A program made the translations under genes and the position numbers. From Obrimoposthia wandeli (taxonomy: Eukaryota), in the NCBI GenBank assembly GCA_977020255.1, contig CDROCS010002633.1:558001-622000 (forward strand): a stretch of DNA of 64,000 nucleotides. Reading direction: 5' to 3'. Of the stretch, positions 1-15,642 are shown piece after piece. The notes under the pieces were generated by a model, which ran no database searches, was not told the DNA's origin, and worked only from the letters and a program-made list of their open reading frames with translations. Within the stretch, counting starts at the first letter, position 1; each line of letters begins with the position of its first letter.

Positions 1-790
1 TTCTTGAAATTTCAATGAACAATACAGTTGTTGAATCTCACTTTTAATATTCGCACGTTAAATATCAAAACGGCATTGAATTATAGTTCTGATACTAAAG
101 AAATATTTACATTTTTATTTGGGTTTGATCATGATCCCAATAATTGTAAAAAGTAAGTTAAATTTCTTTATGTGGGACTATTAGATTAGATATAACCAAA
201 GTATATTTTGCCGGGTGTTTTGCTAACACTTAAACATGTTTCTAATAAAGCGTCATATTGTCTTAACTAAAATACAATTTCAATGATCATCGAGTCTGTA
301 AGTGCAAAATTGAAATTTGGACGCGAGGGAGTAGACTGGCATATTACCTGTTCATAATCGATCGTAAAACAATGAAAGAAGTATACCCATATACTCGTAA
401 ATATCTGTTGTATCATACTGTAGCCGACTGCTCTCTATTTGATGATGAATCACTACCTAAATATATGTTGGTCAAAAGTGATACATTTAGTGTTTCTACA
501 TCTTCGAATTCGTCGATATTCGATTATGTAAATATAAACTCTGTCAATTTAGCTCAGAACCCTGATTTCAGTGAAACTTATTATACCAACTTTGAAACAT
601 AGGTTATCTTGATAAGACTATAATCAATTGTTTTAGTATAAATGATTTTAAAAACTATTTTTCATTTTTGATTTGGCCTCTGACGTTGATGTAAATGCTG
701 CTCAATTACTGAGAAAAGGTAATTTAAAACTACAAATAAAATTTTACAAGGCCCTACCTAGACCTGCAAATGTATTAATTTAATGAATGC
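1..790 (+). pseudogene. Degraded Maverick/adintovirus major capsid protein remnant (distinct from E1 and E2 copies)
   Basis: Broken frames give PKYILPGV, LFDDESLPKYMLV, NLAQNPDFSETYYTNFE and FIFDLASDVDVNAAQLLRKGNLKLQIKF. These align in order with the capsid ORFs at 23815-24879 and 39449-40509. Confidence 0.75.
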
Positions 791-3700
791 AAGAAAAAAA
801 GTATATTAAAACAAACATCCTCAACACCCATTGACAACAAATTGTGGTCCTTTATGTATTTTAAGTGTTTACCAGAAATTACTGGAATTTAGGTGTTAAA
901 TTTTGTGTTGAATTATTAAATATTAGTGTATTAAAAAGTATTTTGCTTTGTAAAACTGTAAGATAACCGTTAGTACGTCGTTAAGTAACTGTAATATGTA
1001 TACTTGGACTGTACAAACAATGACTTTAAAATACATTAAAAACTTGAATTTTTCAAAATAATCCCGTTTTTTTAATCCCGGGACTTTGTTCCTTTGGTTT
1101 AGTACCGACACTATATATACTACTAACACTATTTAAATTTATACTTACAAATAAAAGTAGTTGACATTTTGAATATATTTTCTAGATTTTTTCAGACAAA
1201 CAGATTTTAAGTAGAAAGTATTTTTTATAAAAATTTTGCTACTTTCAAATAAAAGTTGTTGAAATTTGAAAATATTTTTAAAATAAAAAAGTATAGGTAT
1301 ACACTTTTAAATAGGTTCTGTTATTGTTTTTTTGTTGTGTCAAATAAATTTTAAATTCAGTGAAATAAAAAGAAAATTTATTTGTATTTTTCAACAATTT
1401 CTCCAGTGTTATACTTCCGATTTAATACTTAATATGCATCCCTCGACACAAATCAGAACAACCACAGTATCTCAAGTTAAAAATATCCTCGAAAAACAAC
1501 TTCCTGAGTAAAATTTCCTTATTTATTTTTATAGTTATTTTGTATACACAGTTTTTTGTATGCTATTACAATTCAGCTACATATTTTGTATTATACGTCG
1601 AATTATACATGTTATTAAATTATAAAGTATGAGGAGTTTACATCCGTTTAAAGTAATTGGAAATTAAATGAAGTCTTAACAATAATTGATTAATACAATC
1701 TTTTACCAGATACATGTTGACTTTGTATTGACTAGTTTATCTGTGTAATACAACATAAATAAAAGCATGCAAATTATAAGGTATCAGGTAAAGTATAATT
1801 CACGTATTTGCTTTAGGCAGTTAATTGCTAAAATGACTGCAAAACATCAATGAACTACATATTGCAGAGAATGCCGTTTTCAATTGAAATAAAAGCTAGT
1901 CTATACCGGCGTGTTTGAGTCATAGTTAATGTGAGAAAATTCTTTATTAGCTTTATTAGCTTCTCTTGCCAGATACATTCATGATCATTAAGCACAAGTA
2001 CATCCTCAAGGCTCAAGTAAAGTAATATTTGCTTGATGTGTATGGAATCAATGGCTAGACAATATATTGACAATTTCAAATGAAAATGTAGTACCTAATC
2101 ACAAGAATTTGTGTAGTGTAAAGAAATTTCTATGGGAATTAGCATGTACACAAAATGCAAAAGTGCAATCTTATAATAATATTGTCTCCTTTAATCCTTT
2201 GTGATGAAACAAACAAAAAATAGGCAGGAAGCATTTAGAGCTAATGAAACGTTGAGAAAATTTTTATTGACACTCTTTAGATATATTTACTTCAGAAAGT
2301 AATTGTTTTAAATACTTGCTTTACGTTTGTCATAAATTAAACTTTTTTAAAAAATATATATTTTGTTAAATAATAATATGTACCAAAAGTTTATTAGAAC
2401 TTCAAAAGATTCAATATTATTAACTTTAGTTTTATTTAATTTAATAAAATAGTACAATTTAATTATTTCATAATCAGTTTTGTTTGAAATTTTGATATTT
2501 AACATTACTTTAAAACAATTTATTTTATCTCTTAGTTCAAAATTTCTCAATTTATATAGATATTTAGCAATTATTAATGATACAGGTGAAATCTTATAAA
2601 TATCTACCTTTTCATCATTTGATTATTTTAATTTTTAGATGTGCTCAGTTGGAAGTATTCCCTTTGAAAAATTTTAATTATTAGTTTTTTGTTAAAAATT
2701 ATTTCAAAATTAAATAGATTTTATGAAAAAATTAATTTAATATCAATATTCTCAAATTAACCAAATTTTCGGAAAAAATTGTTATTAGATATATGCAAAT
2801 TCGTCCAATTCTAAATATTGTGCATTAATTAATTTTCCAGTTCCAATACATGTGTTTACCTAAATTCAAAAAATATCATATTTCAATTTGGCTGAAATTT
2901 GATGTCAGAATAAAAACACAAGCAAGATAAAGTATTTATTGAATTCGGTTTACTGACATTTCCATTAGAATTTTAATTGACTAAATTTGTTTCTATAAAA
3001 ATTCACTGACCCACGTTACAAGGCAATGAAATTATTAAAAAAAATTAAAATCGGTACAATCTCGTGAAATAAGAAATCTGAGAAAAGTTGGATTCGTGAC
3101 GTTTAGTATAAATGTCCCTTTACATTTATTGGCATAAATTTTATAATTATTTCTTAAGAATTCCCGTTAAAAAAGCTGCTTGCTAACATAATTTTACTAA
3201 ACTTTAAATAAATGTAAATTTTAAATACAGTGTGATTAAAAAAGGAAATATTTAAATCATTATTTTAAAATTTTATTTGACATGAATATTAAAAAAACTG
3301 CAAATAATAGGGTTTGATTTAATAGAAAAATCTTTACAACACATCCTATATATGTTGTTTATTATTTAAATCTAATCAATATATTCTTCCTCGTAGATGA
3401 TATACAGTAAATTTAAGGATTTCTCTTTTATTATTGGTTATTTCTCTTCTGACTTGTTCATTTAATTCCTGAGATTAGGCTAGCAAGCAGTTAAATTCCA
3501 ATTGAAATGTCTGCTAACAATAAGTTTTGAAAATTTAGCATCTGGATATTCAGAATTGCACCGGAAAATTCAGATTGGTATTGAAATCATATGTAAATCC
3601 ACACAATTCAGTTACTTTTTCCGAAGGAAGAAGAGTTGTTGAAAACACACGAGGGATTTCAATCCTCCTAATGTTTCAGTTTCACAAATGCGTTTGTCCA

Positions 3701-6700
3701 ATTAAATAAATTTGCTACATCGGTTCACAAAGTTCTATCTTCGAGCAATTTATCATTTAACCGATACGTAAAATATTCAAGGTTCCAGATTAATTTTTCA
3801 AATTAAACCATGTCACTTTCTGAGATTGATTGAAATTTCTTCGCAAGTACTTCAAAATTCTCTTAAAAAAAATCTTCGGGCAATTATTTGACTTTTCATA
3901 ATTAAAATTCCAAATTTCATTTTTTTTACAATTTTGATTACTGTTGATGTTGCGAATCGAATATTCTTGAGTTCTGTTTCATTTTAAAATTTTCCAATAA
4001 TATTTATCGGTAATCTTACGTACATTAAATAATGTTCAATAAATTTTATTCTGTCTTGGATGGATATTCTATTTTTTCTAAATGTGTACAATTTTCAAAT
4101 AGTTTTATACAGTAAAATAGACAAGTTTTAGTATTATTTAGTATTATCCCAAAGACGGAAGATTATTTTGGCAGTACAATATATGTCTAACGCATTTAAC
4201 GGAAAATAACCACAATTCAGATCGAAATCTATCTAGTTATGTTGAAGAACCTCCGAAAGAATTAAATATATTAAAATATTGTTAGAAATAAATTCAATAG
4301 TGGGCAGTGAGATGACAATGATGGGAGGGTAATGGATCTGGTAATGGAGGTCATCTTTTTATGTAAAAGTATTTTTAATATATTTTTAAGTATTTTAATT
4401 ATTATGTGTTTTACCAGGTTAATTTAATTTAACTTTGGTTATAGAAAGTAATTTTTAAAATGATTGATTTTTATGCTAAGTTACTAGAAACCAATGTTGA
4501 TGAAGATGAAAATAAAGAAGTTTAAAGTAGAAGTCTTATTTGTTATGTATTCCCGCCACCTCCGAAAGAAGTTATGTCGGTTTGGAACTCACTGAATCCC
4601 ATAAAGACTTAGGACCATGAAGTAAAATTGTTAAGTGTGTTTGACTTAGCTTGTGACAACCAACTATGTGTGTCTCCTGTGTTAAAGACAACTCGATGAT
4701 CCATGCTTTTGAAGTCATAAACTCTGAGAAAACATTAACCGGTTATCAGTAGAAATGAAATAACTGTTTATAAACTCTTTTCCGTCATTGCATCATTAGA
4801 TAATTCTGAAGGAAGTCACGGACACAGTGTTACAGTACAAAAAGGGAAAATGGGTGTTGTCATTATGAAAAAAAATACTGCACAAAGTTTCTGCCACAGC
4901 TGCTAAACGATGTTGACCCATAGTGCTGTTCTATGATGTAGTTAAACTCTAATCACACAAGTACAACATACAATTACCCAGCTAACGTGGACACCGGAAT
5001 GGAATACAACTTTGTATACAGATAGATATTGATAAAATATTATACTCCACGAAGGTTTTCGCTGGCATGTTCGAAATAAGTCTGTTCGTTTACAAACGTG
5101 AAAGTGTCATGGGAAATGAAACGCAAATCCCACGACAAATCAGTATTATGCATGTCTTGATATTTTAGGATATATATTTAGTTGACAAATCATATTAGGG
5201 GAATCAAAAACAATTTTCAGATATTATATTTTATTTTCATTTTTAGGGTAAACTTACTTTAAGTTTTATTAATGTTTGCAAATTAAAATGAAATGGAGTT
5301 CGTATGATACTACTTATGACAATCGTCAATTGGCGACTATTAGAATTAAAGGAGATTCCAATTTCTGAAATCTCTTTGATACGAAAATATTATTGCAACT
5401 TGTAATGCAAAAACATGATATTCTATTTGATTGAAAATTATGTAAATTTTGCTTTCATGTCAAAATGTACATTTGTTTACATTTCCCGTTATTTCCAGTT
5501 TTAAACGTAATAGTTCTCTAGAACAAATATGATGTCCATGCGACTGATATGTTTTAATACAGTGCTATATACATGTCTATATGCATAAAAGTCGATGTTT
5601 GTTAAAATAATGGAGAAATTACTTTTTACTTCCCAACCATCAAGGAGCACAGTTTGGTCAAAAATATTACGATTATTGGAAAATATATCTATTCAACTGA
5701 AGGTTGGTGAGATAGACATCATCATTTGGCTATCTCATATTTGTAATACCGATGGTGCGTGCAACAAATATAGTTTTTATCAAAGTCTTATCCTCGTGTC
5801 ACTTTCTCACTATCCTTCATAACATTTGCCATGTTTTTGTATTATTATTACAGTATTTTTATGTCAGTAACTTATTGTTTCTGTTGCATAAACCTACCTT
5901 ACATGGTTCAAGATGATGGGAAAACTTTATCTTTGCACACATGTTTATTGGGATGTTGGGCAAAAATTAAATTCTACGATTTTTGTTTCGATTTATTTTC
6001 GCGACACAGTCGCGATTTTAAAATGGGTCCAAAAATCGGAAAAAAAACTTTTATTTTCAATCCTACCTGGAGGCCGCTTAGAATTTTCCTTGGAATAGAG
6101 GTTAGTTATTTAGGCTTTGTTTATTTTGAGTTTTTTTTTTTTCGGGTGACAAAATTTGTAATCCTGGGGAAGCTCGAAAGTTGAAAAGAATGGGTTTTTC
6201 TCGGCTTTTCGCGTTAAAATGCTTAAAGTGTGCCAATCTATTAGATCGATAGTTATTTATTCATATATGAGATTAATAATGAATCTCATCTGTAATTGAG
6301 GAGAATAATAAAGCAGAAATGCTGTGCATAGTTTGTGGGGATAATTCTAATCTCAATTAGAATTAGACAATAACAATATGTCCTCCAGCCTTTTGCAGAA
6401 AAATGACTGTTGTTGGCTCGTCAAGAATTATCCATTTACTGCTGTCATGAACATGTGACAACAACTTCTTCGGCAGCAACAGCATGTTGGTGTTTATTTT
6501 CCTCCGCCATTGATTGCGACCGCAACTTCTGGGAACGGCGACTGGGGATTATTATCACATCCATCATTCTGTCACACAATCATCTTTCTGCCAACATCAG
6601 AGTCTAATGCTTTGAAATTTGTAGACAAAACAGCAATAATTTTCGGAAATTCTCTTAAAATAGAAATCGGGCTGTAAAAGAACACATAAAGTTATTATAC

Positions 6701-7859
6701 ACAAACATTTTAAAACCTTCAGAAAATACCTCGATTGTAATTATAAATAATTTTCCTAATTTCAATTTCTCCATTGTGAAATAGACTACAATAAAGTGTC
6801 AAAATTTTCTTTTATAATTTAATCCACCAAGATATTTGAAAATGATTTGCATACTAATTTTACTGTTAACTAATTTATTAAAGACATCGATATAAATAAA
6901 TAAAAATGTACCGACTGTCAATAATTATGCACTGCAAAATAAATATTTAAAGAAATCATTAACAATATTGATGATTCTATCAGATTAATTATTAAAAACT
7001 TAAATATAATACAACATAAATGTTTCCTGAATTGTTAGATTAATTCAGATTTTTCATAAATTCAACAAAATACATAACCCTGTTTAAAACTAATTTTTAA
7101 ATAAATTCATCTACATCATCGTTTCTGGTTAACAAAAATGACTCACTGAATATTCTTATTAGATTTGTTGCTAAATGTTAAAATAAGAATTTAGAAAAAA
7201 TACAAAATTATATCAAGTCCATAAAATACAATTATTACATTCTCTTTTCAAATTTTCAGTCCTTATAAAATCATGTTTGTATACAACAGCATTGATAGGG
7301 ATCAAATGGAGCAGCTAGATGAAAGTCGATTTTCTTTAAAGCAAATTGAAATTCTTTTACTTGCTCATTTAGGAAGTTTTTATATTCACTTTGACATTGA
7401 TCAATGTCAGCGATATGTGAATGTTAATTGAATTAATACCGAAATAAAAGTCTAGTTTAAGTGAAATCTTTACTTAATAAACATATATATATTTTTTAAA
7501 TAGCTAAATGTAGCCCTGATTATTTTTTCTACGCGCTGGGTTCCACCATTATTGAACAAAGAATAAAAGTTGTCGTATGGGGTCTATCGTAGACTTTATC
7601 AGAAAATAATCTCAAAATACCTCCGGTTATATTAAAATCAGAAAATATTGATGCCCTTTCTAAACGTCTATGTTAGACTCTTTGAATATTTTTCTTCCTT
7701 TTTGCACTATGCCAGTGGCAGTTGTCCTGTTGAAACGGAAATTGTATTCCCATATTTAGTTTTGAAATGGGAATCAGATATTCATATTTTGTGAAGTTAA
7801 AGTTATCATCAATACATCAATATATTATCAACAACGCTGTGACTTACTTTCCTGCAAGA

Positions 7860-8260
7860 TTCCTTTGACATTCGTCCCATTCATTCTGAATACGTCGTGA
7901 CCTAGAAGCATATGGTATCTTTGAGAACTCCCCTTAAAAAGAAATCTGGTCTATCCAGCACTCAAGGAATATCTCACAAGCCATTGTCGAACATCTTTGG
8001 TGTAGTGATGAAGTGCACCATATTGTTGATATTTTAGAATATGGAGATCCCCAATAGATACAATTTGAAGAAAGCTTCATCACTCCAGAAGAAATAGTCT
8101 GAGAATTCAAATGAATCGCCATAAAATTGTAGAATATTCTCACATAGTTGTAATGGTTTATCGGGGTCATCTTCATTGAGGGGTTGAACTAGGAGATATT
8201 TTTGGGGTTTCTATCCCATATCTTTTTACAAAGTGTCTTTTTACAATAAGTCTCATTACC
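7860..8260 (-). mobile_element. Degraded Tc1/mariner-superfamily transposase fragment
   Basis: Minus-strand frames read NEDDPDKPLQLCE..FFWSDEAFFKL and YQQYGALHHYTKDVRQWL, matching the DDPDRR..FSDEA and QQDGAPPH motifs. Many stops. Confidence 0.6.
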
Positions 8261-11200
8261 ATGGATGTTTAATTAAATTTTAGCCATATAATTTTTAACG
8301 AGCAGTTAAAAAAAGTTTGAAATAAAATAATACATTCAAAATCCAGTTAAAAAGAAAAAATATATAAAATTACTGAAAAAAATTCATATTTTAGTTTCAT
8401 AAATAACATTCGATTAATTTTTGAGTCATTGAAATTTTCAGCATGAAATTAAATTTACTCAATCTTATATATACAGTATATAGTTATTTTTCATTTTATG
8501 CACGCGACTTAATGAATATTTCAGGGCGTTTATTAAATAAAATAATGAAAAAAAATTCTGATAAAAATTACTATGAGAATTGAACCTTAAATAGCGAGGA
8601 GAAAAAGATTCTAAAATAATCTGTTGTCTTATACATGTTTGACTTGTTTATTGCGAAACTTTCCAACTATTGGTATTGCACTGTCTTTCTTCAAAGATAA
8701 ACAAAAAATCATTCGTTAAATAAAAATTTTCATTATGTAAAACAATAACTGTATAGAGACATAATATTTAAAAAAAGAAAAAAAGAAGACAGAATATGCA
8801 TAAAACATTTTGTGCTCAGACTAGAATGTTGTGGCAGATACCGCTTTGGCGTTGATAAGCACTTGGTAAACTTCGTGGTATAACATATTTAATACAATTA
8901 GACCACAATACAAAAAATTTCAGGTAGAAGAAGACGTATTATTTTATTTTATTTTGACCGTATTTCTAATTCATTTAAATGTCTAATTTTAACTCCAGGT
9001 ATATTAGCCCTACATGTCCAATATACATTGAAGGACAGTCTTATTTTTATAATTAACTTTTTTATGCTTACATAATTATTTAACCATTTCTGTTTTGAGG
9101 TACAACACACAGCTCGCAACTCTTACTGGAATTGTGAAAAGTGCGTTCCTCTATCTCCAAATCAACGTATTCTAATATCTGTCCACTTCTTCGTATTAGC
9201 TCTGATGGGGTTAGAGTTGTTACACGTCTTATGGAAGCCTCTAACTCGTGAGTTCTTAAATGTTTTACTGCCGTATCTAACCTGATTTGTTTCTGAGATC
9301 TAAAGGCAAATTTGACCATCGGTTTATATGAACTATCTTCAGTGGAATGACTTTGACACAGCTTGCAGGTGGTTCTTTATGAGATGACCAGCGGCTGTGA
9401 TTCTAACTAGAATAAATCGGGGTTCCTATAACATTAAATTACTTATGATTAAAGTGTATATTACGCAAGTATACGAATGATCAGATATATGTGGAATGGA
9501 GTTCTAAAATATGTCCAAAGGTATGTACCTATTCCTATTTCTGGTCACCATAACGGACAACATAGACAATGGAGTTAACGATTCATAACAGGCAAGGACC
9601 ATGATGGTTCCGTGACTTTAATTTTTATGAAGTGTATTATGAAGTGCAATTTAAAATATTACGAAAGTAACAAGCTGTTGTTTGCAAATATAACTGTTGT
9701 TTGTCGTTCGGACACTCAAATAATCGTTTCAAATCTTAAATTGTCGTTCCAATTCTCGAAAAGTCGTTCCAGCGGTTGCCTCCGAAATATAACTGCCGTC
9801 TATTGGTTGTTCAATATTATCGACCATCTCCTTGAATGTGTCAAAGATCTATCGTCTAAATCTGTATTCTGTATTGTGTTCCAACTATTATCTCTATCGT
9901 CAAAATCTCTTTACAGCTAGCTGATATTTCTCCTGTGCTGTTCGCCCTCTGACTCTATGGGTCTCCTACAATTACGTGGCTTTATGCTCCATTTTACAGA
10001 GTTCTTCTAATTCTTGTGACTAATGTTGTCACACGGTTTCAAAACTAATCTGCTTTTATTTTAATTAATTGTGACTATATATGATCACAATTAAGTGGCT
10101 TTATTTATGATTTTAATTTTCTCAATTCAATATCTTAAAGGGAATACTGCCATCGGATTCACTCTTGCTCAAATGGTAATTGTTATGGATTTTGAAGGGT
10201 TTTCTAATGTTCTGTATTCATTTTAAAGGGAATAATTCAAGCTGTGTGTGTTTATTGTTCTATCGAGTTGTAACGTTCTTCATTAAAATTTATCTTGTCA
10301 GACGTTTTTGGACTTGTTTGCATTTGTATGTCTTCGTGTTTGATTCTTTTAGAATATTATTTACTGATGTCACTGACACATTGATTTGTTGTGAGCCATC
10401 GCATTGAGAAAAGCAAACACGACCACCATAGTCTACATTGCATTCGGTTTTATTCTCTGATATAATTTCATCCAGTTTTTTGGTGAACTTATTTTGGAAA
10501 AATTATTTAAACACCAAAAACTTTAAACTATTTTAAATAATTTACTGACATAGTTGTTTAAAACTAATAATATTACACTAATGTTTATTTGAAAGTAAAA
10601 TAATATTACTATTAATAAAATTTAAAAATTAAAATGAATTAAGTTTGTAAATAAAAGTAAAATAACTATAATAACAAAATGAGTAAAATATATTATTGTT
10701 ATACAATTTTGAAACTTTGAGAACAGTCTACTTGCCGTGAGAACCGATTAATTAATGAATTAAGTACACTCATCTACTTGCCGTGAGAACGTATTTTCCG
10801 TACCATAAATGTACTGTTGTTTTTAAAAATAGTCTATTTGCACATTTTATATTGAAATCAATGAGATATTTACAAAATTTTTCATCATTTAGAAAGTATA
10901 TGTATATTTATTGCTTCTTTCGACTTGGCATGTTAGAATCACAAAACACTTGCCAATCTTCTTTATTATTCTTATCAATTAATTATCTTTTGTCTTGGAA
11001 ATTCCGCTGAACTCGCATAAATTTGAAGTTGGAGATTAAAAGGATGCTTGATGAACAGGTTTTTGTGACTTCGAAGAAAAGATGCCGCCACTAATCGTGA
11101 GACATGGGACGGAGCGTTGTCATAAATCAAGACAGAATTCTTCCAATCAAAACTCTGAAAGAGGTAAACAACCTACTGGTGCCTCTTTCGAAGAAGCTCG

Positions 11201-14200
11201 ATATATAAACAATCATCGATGTTTTGACTATGAGCAACAATCTCATAATATGTATCTCCTCCAAAGGTGGCTTCCATTATCACATATGATTATGTAAACT
11301 TCTCTACACTATCTTTTTTCTAGTAGGGCATTCCATGAACGATTTGTTGACTTGGTTTCAATTAATTGAAAAGGAAGACATTTCCCATCTATGTAGATGA
11401 TCTTATGAAGATAATTTAATTATTTTGGCATTCACTTTGAACACAGACTTTTCAACTTTAAATTGTGATGTTGAATGTAGTGGGATGTTGATAGCACAAC
11501 AATCCAAATAGGGGTGAAATAAGTCAAACAGTTATTTGACTATCTACTTGAACCATTTCACGCATTCCCTCTTCTTTGTGTTCATTTAAAGCAGTAACCA
11601 GCCTGCCACTGTGAGATGAATCCCCGAAAGACGTCCTGATACCGTATTTCACTTCTCACATAATCTAGTGACCATGTATTCAATGAGAAATTATAAATAT
11701 CACCTGCATAAAACTTGTTATACATAATGGTTGCAATAAAAATCGAAAATTTTATTTGGTGCATTCCATTTTATTTTCTACGTTATCTTATTTGAATGAT
11801 GAAAAATTTATTAAAAGTAAAAATTTCAATTTAAAAAAATATAAACTTTAACCTTTATAAGAAATATATAATGCAACTATTGAAACTTTTCGAACATATA
11901 TATTTTAAAAAATATATTAAAAATAGCTTTTTATTTTATAATATTACTTAGATATACTTTATTTGAAATTATTCATTCATTATTTCATTAGATCTAGAAA
12001 AATGTGGATAAAAAAACTGTCATTGTTATGAATCAACTTAATATTTAAAATAAATCACTTTATTTTGGAAAGTTATTAAATTTTGTGGTTATATTTCAAG
12101 TGAGTTTTATATTTTTAAAAAATATTTCTTCAACAATCAGATATTCTAATTTGCTTCTCAGAAGGTTATATGCTTGGAAGCGATACATTGTACTGATTAA
12201 AGGGGAAGTATAGAATTAGTATTGTACATAAATCCATCTTTGACCCAGATTACGGTTAAATTTTGAAACTCTCGAATTTATATAGTGAGAATTTTCTTTT
12301 GCATAAATCTTTTTTATAGTTGTATCTTTTATGAATGAATATTGTAACGCTATTTGTCAGTTTTAACATCAAACTGAAATAAATAAATACATTTAAGCTG
12401 ACATTTATTCACGATAATTAATTTAATAACCGTTGAGCTCCTCATATATTATGTAAGACATGCGTAGGAAATTTCAATCAAAGAACTAAATAATTTAAAA
12501 AAAACAATCGCTTTCATATCATTTAACTGGATTTTTAAATTTTCAAAAAATAAATTCTATATAAATCTGATTTTGATGTAATAAAATAAGAAGTTGAAAA
12601 GTATTAATTTTTTTAAAAATTATTAACATGCATTCATTTAATTTCTCATTTTAAAATATATTGTTTCGTTATTTGAACTTTTGTTTGCTTTGTATGAGTA
12701 CATCTCACAAAAAGTTTTAATGTTTTTTTGCAGTGAAATGTTTACTTTCTTATATTATTTTGTAAGTTTTTGTTACACTATCATTTATAATAGAATAAAT
12801 CCATTTGATCATATTTAAGGCATGTATTAGGAGGGTTTTACAATTCAAAAATCACAACAATAGTTTTATATTCAATTTCTGAAAGAAGAATCGAAAGAGC
12901 AAGATTTCGTGATACCAAAGAACTCCCCCAAACAGGTCCATAAATGATAAGTGAAAAATGACTAAGTGTTCTGGCATTAGTCCAGTTTTGTGACAATTAA
13001 AAAAATTCGCCATTTGTAAAAAATACAAGAACATCTGATACTTTATGAAATACAAAATTAAATTTATTGAAAATTATTATTAATAAAGTAATAATAATAT
13101 TAATAAATAAATATAGATTCAAAATTTCAATTCAAGTTTAAAGTAATAAATGAAAAGGTAGTATTTTATTTATTTATAAATTTATTATGAACAATGAAAA
13201 GCCTTCAGAAGTTGTAAATTATATAATCCCATAAAACACATTTTCACATTTATTATATATAATTATTTATAATAGTTCATTTAAATTGATTTGTATTCTT
13301 GAGAAAGTTAATGGATGTAACATTTTTAAAATAATCTTTCGAAAAGTTTAAGTACTGGTTTTAAATGAAGAACTATTAGAACTAACTTAATTTGAATAAT
13401 TCCAAAATTTGTTGGTATTAGTATAGCTTCCCCACAGAAACAATTAAAAAAATCGCAATTACAGCTGACAGATTTTCGACTTAACAAATAATAAAATTTT
13501 AAAACATCATTTTTAAATAAGAAATATATAGAAATATGCATGTAATAAATAAAAAATAATAATAACAAAATAATTACAATTTTAAAACACATATTTAAAG
13601 TTATAAATTAATATTCTCCTTCATATTTACTTTATATATACTTTTTATTTTTTTAATTTTACATATATTTTTTTTCTTATTTATAATATTAAAATTTTAA
13701 TATTTTTAACAATAGTATATAATCAATGATTAATAATTTTTAATAATTTATAATATTTTAATTTTAATATTTGTAAAAAACGTATACTTACAAATTATCA
13801 TTAGTATAAAATTTCGACAAAAAAAAATTGTAAAGTATAGGTCAGTAAATTAACCGAAATTAATTGAAATTATCAGCTGTTTTAATGATCAATATAAACA
13901 AAGTGTGGGCGAACCCAGCATTCAGCGAATTTGTTTACTATTTTCAAGCTATAATTAATTGATTTATATGTACAAATTTGCTATTTTTCGTATGCAATTT
14001 TAAAGAAGCTTTTATGTAAAATTTAATTTATCAATCAAACAAAAACGTAACACAACATTAATTTTTGGAAAATTGTGAAAGTATTATTGAATATAGCCAT
14101 AAAGTTTAAGGCGTGAAACAAAACAAAGTGATTTGGATGGATATATTCGGTGGAGCTAGATATATTTATTTGGTGCATGTGTGTATGTGATTGATATTGT

Positions 14201-14601
14201 TGGGGCTAAGTAAACATCATAGCGTCTATAAAACACACATACATAGATCGAGCGGGGGTGAATGGATATATTTATCCCAGCGCAGCTTTGGAGGCCGATA
14301 AAATGTGGTCATAATCGAATATCGGAACGAGCTTTCTTTGATGTGCTTGTGAGCGTGTGATGGCAATTCTGGCAGAGAGGATAATCTGTTCAGAATTACT
14401 GCTTCAAGGAGCTCAGGGAAGACAATAACAACGACGAAGAAGAAGAAGTAGACTAATAATGCTTGTGACGGATCCAACATCAGCTTCAAGACCAAAAGAA
14501 TGGGGGGTGGTGGCCCCGCAAACAAGAAGAGACTATATTTCAGCTGTATCTCAGTGTTGACTTTGCCCCCGGCTAAAATAATGAGAAAATTGGCAGTTTG
14601 A

Positions 14602-14719
14602 ATGACAGAAGAAACTCGCCAGATGGCTGACGAACGCGAAAATCTTCAGGACTCGAGCCAAAGGGCTGTGGCGAATATCCGAGCAGTTGTGGTCATTAAG
14701 GGAGAGGCCACATCGTTAA
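14602..14719 (+). CDS. Shaw: Probable first coding exon of Shaw/Kv3 channel (MTEETRQ...GEATSL)
   Basis: ATG at 14602 follows an in-frame TGA. The 118 nt run to a GTATGT donor (phase 1) splices in frame to the ttgcacag acceptor at 15349, giving ...[15 protein letters not shown]. The region is GC-richer than its flanks. Confidence 0.5.
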
Positions 14720-15349
14720 GTATGTCTGAGAGATAATTGCAATCATCCAATATCATCATAAACCCGTAATGTATAGAAACATGTAAGACAAAAAATATAT
14801 CCTACTAAAAATAAACTATGCATAAACTTTATTAAAACATGACTAGTGGTTTTCAGAAAATCCTAAATTTTGATGTCTTCATAATCTTACTCGATAAACT
14901 TTCTAGGCACATGAGGTTTGTTTCCAACAATTTACTATTCAATCTATATTTCCTTGACACCTTCATGTTTCTTAAGATCATCTATAAACTTCCATATCTT
15001 TATGTTCTTAGGATGCTTTGCTATTGAATTTGAATACAGGAATTTCAATATAATTCAGTCGTTTCATCTACGTACATTTCTACATTTCTAAAATTTCGAT
15101 AAAAAACATATCATGAAGTTCCTAATGACACTAATAGCTTTAGTATTAAAATCATTAAATATTTTAATTGAAATGTTACAGAATCAAAACCAAAAAATTA
15201 TCATGAAAAAATATTTTTTTATAAACACAAAGGTGAAAATTTGTAAGGAAGGGCCTTAAATTTCATTATAATAATTGACATCCAACGAATGAAATTCCTG
15301 ATAATATCGAATTTAATGGCCACATATTTGATATCATATCTTTGCACAG

Positions 15350-15642
15350 GCCAGCCAACCATGACGGATGTGGACAACCGCGTCATCCTGAACGTGGGAG
15401 GTATCCGACACGAGACATACAAGGCGACCTTGAAGAAGATCCCGGCTACGCGACTGTCACGATTGACGGAGGCCCTAGCCAACTACGACCCGGTCCTGAA
15501 TGAGTTCTTCTTTGATCGACACCCGGGAGTATTTGCGCAGATCCTCAATTATTACCGCACTGGCAAACTGCACTATCCCACTGACGTGTGTGGCCCACTC
15601 TTCGAGGAGGAGCTGGAGTTCTGGGGTCTCGATGCTAACCAG
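15350..15642 (+). CDS. Shaw: Shaw/Kv3 (KCNC-like) voltage-gated K+ channel, T1/BTB tetramerisation-domain exon
   Basis: [30 protein letters not shown]...[46 protein letters not shown] is a typical Shaw T1 domain. Acceptor AG 15348-15349, donor GT 15643. Confidence 0.95.

Noticed and set aside
10727-10790. 18-bp direct repeat tctacttgccgtgagaac (two copies, 46-bp period)
   Set aside because: Only two units in a eukaryotic context, so not a CRISPR array. Probably a transposon subterminal repeat.
9080-11700. Possible Gypsy integrase relics (KIVHINR on the minus strand near 9330; broken rve-like words at 11100-11650)
   Set aside because: Only a few residues per motif across many stops; too decayed to support.
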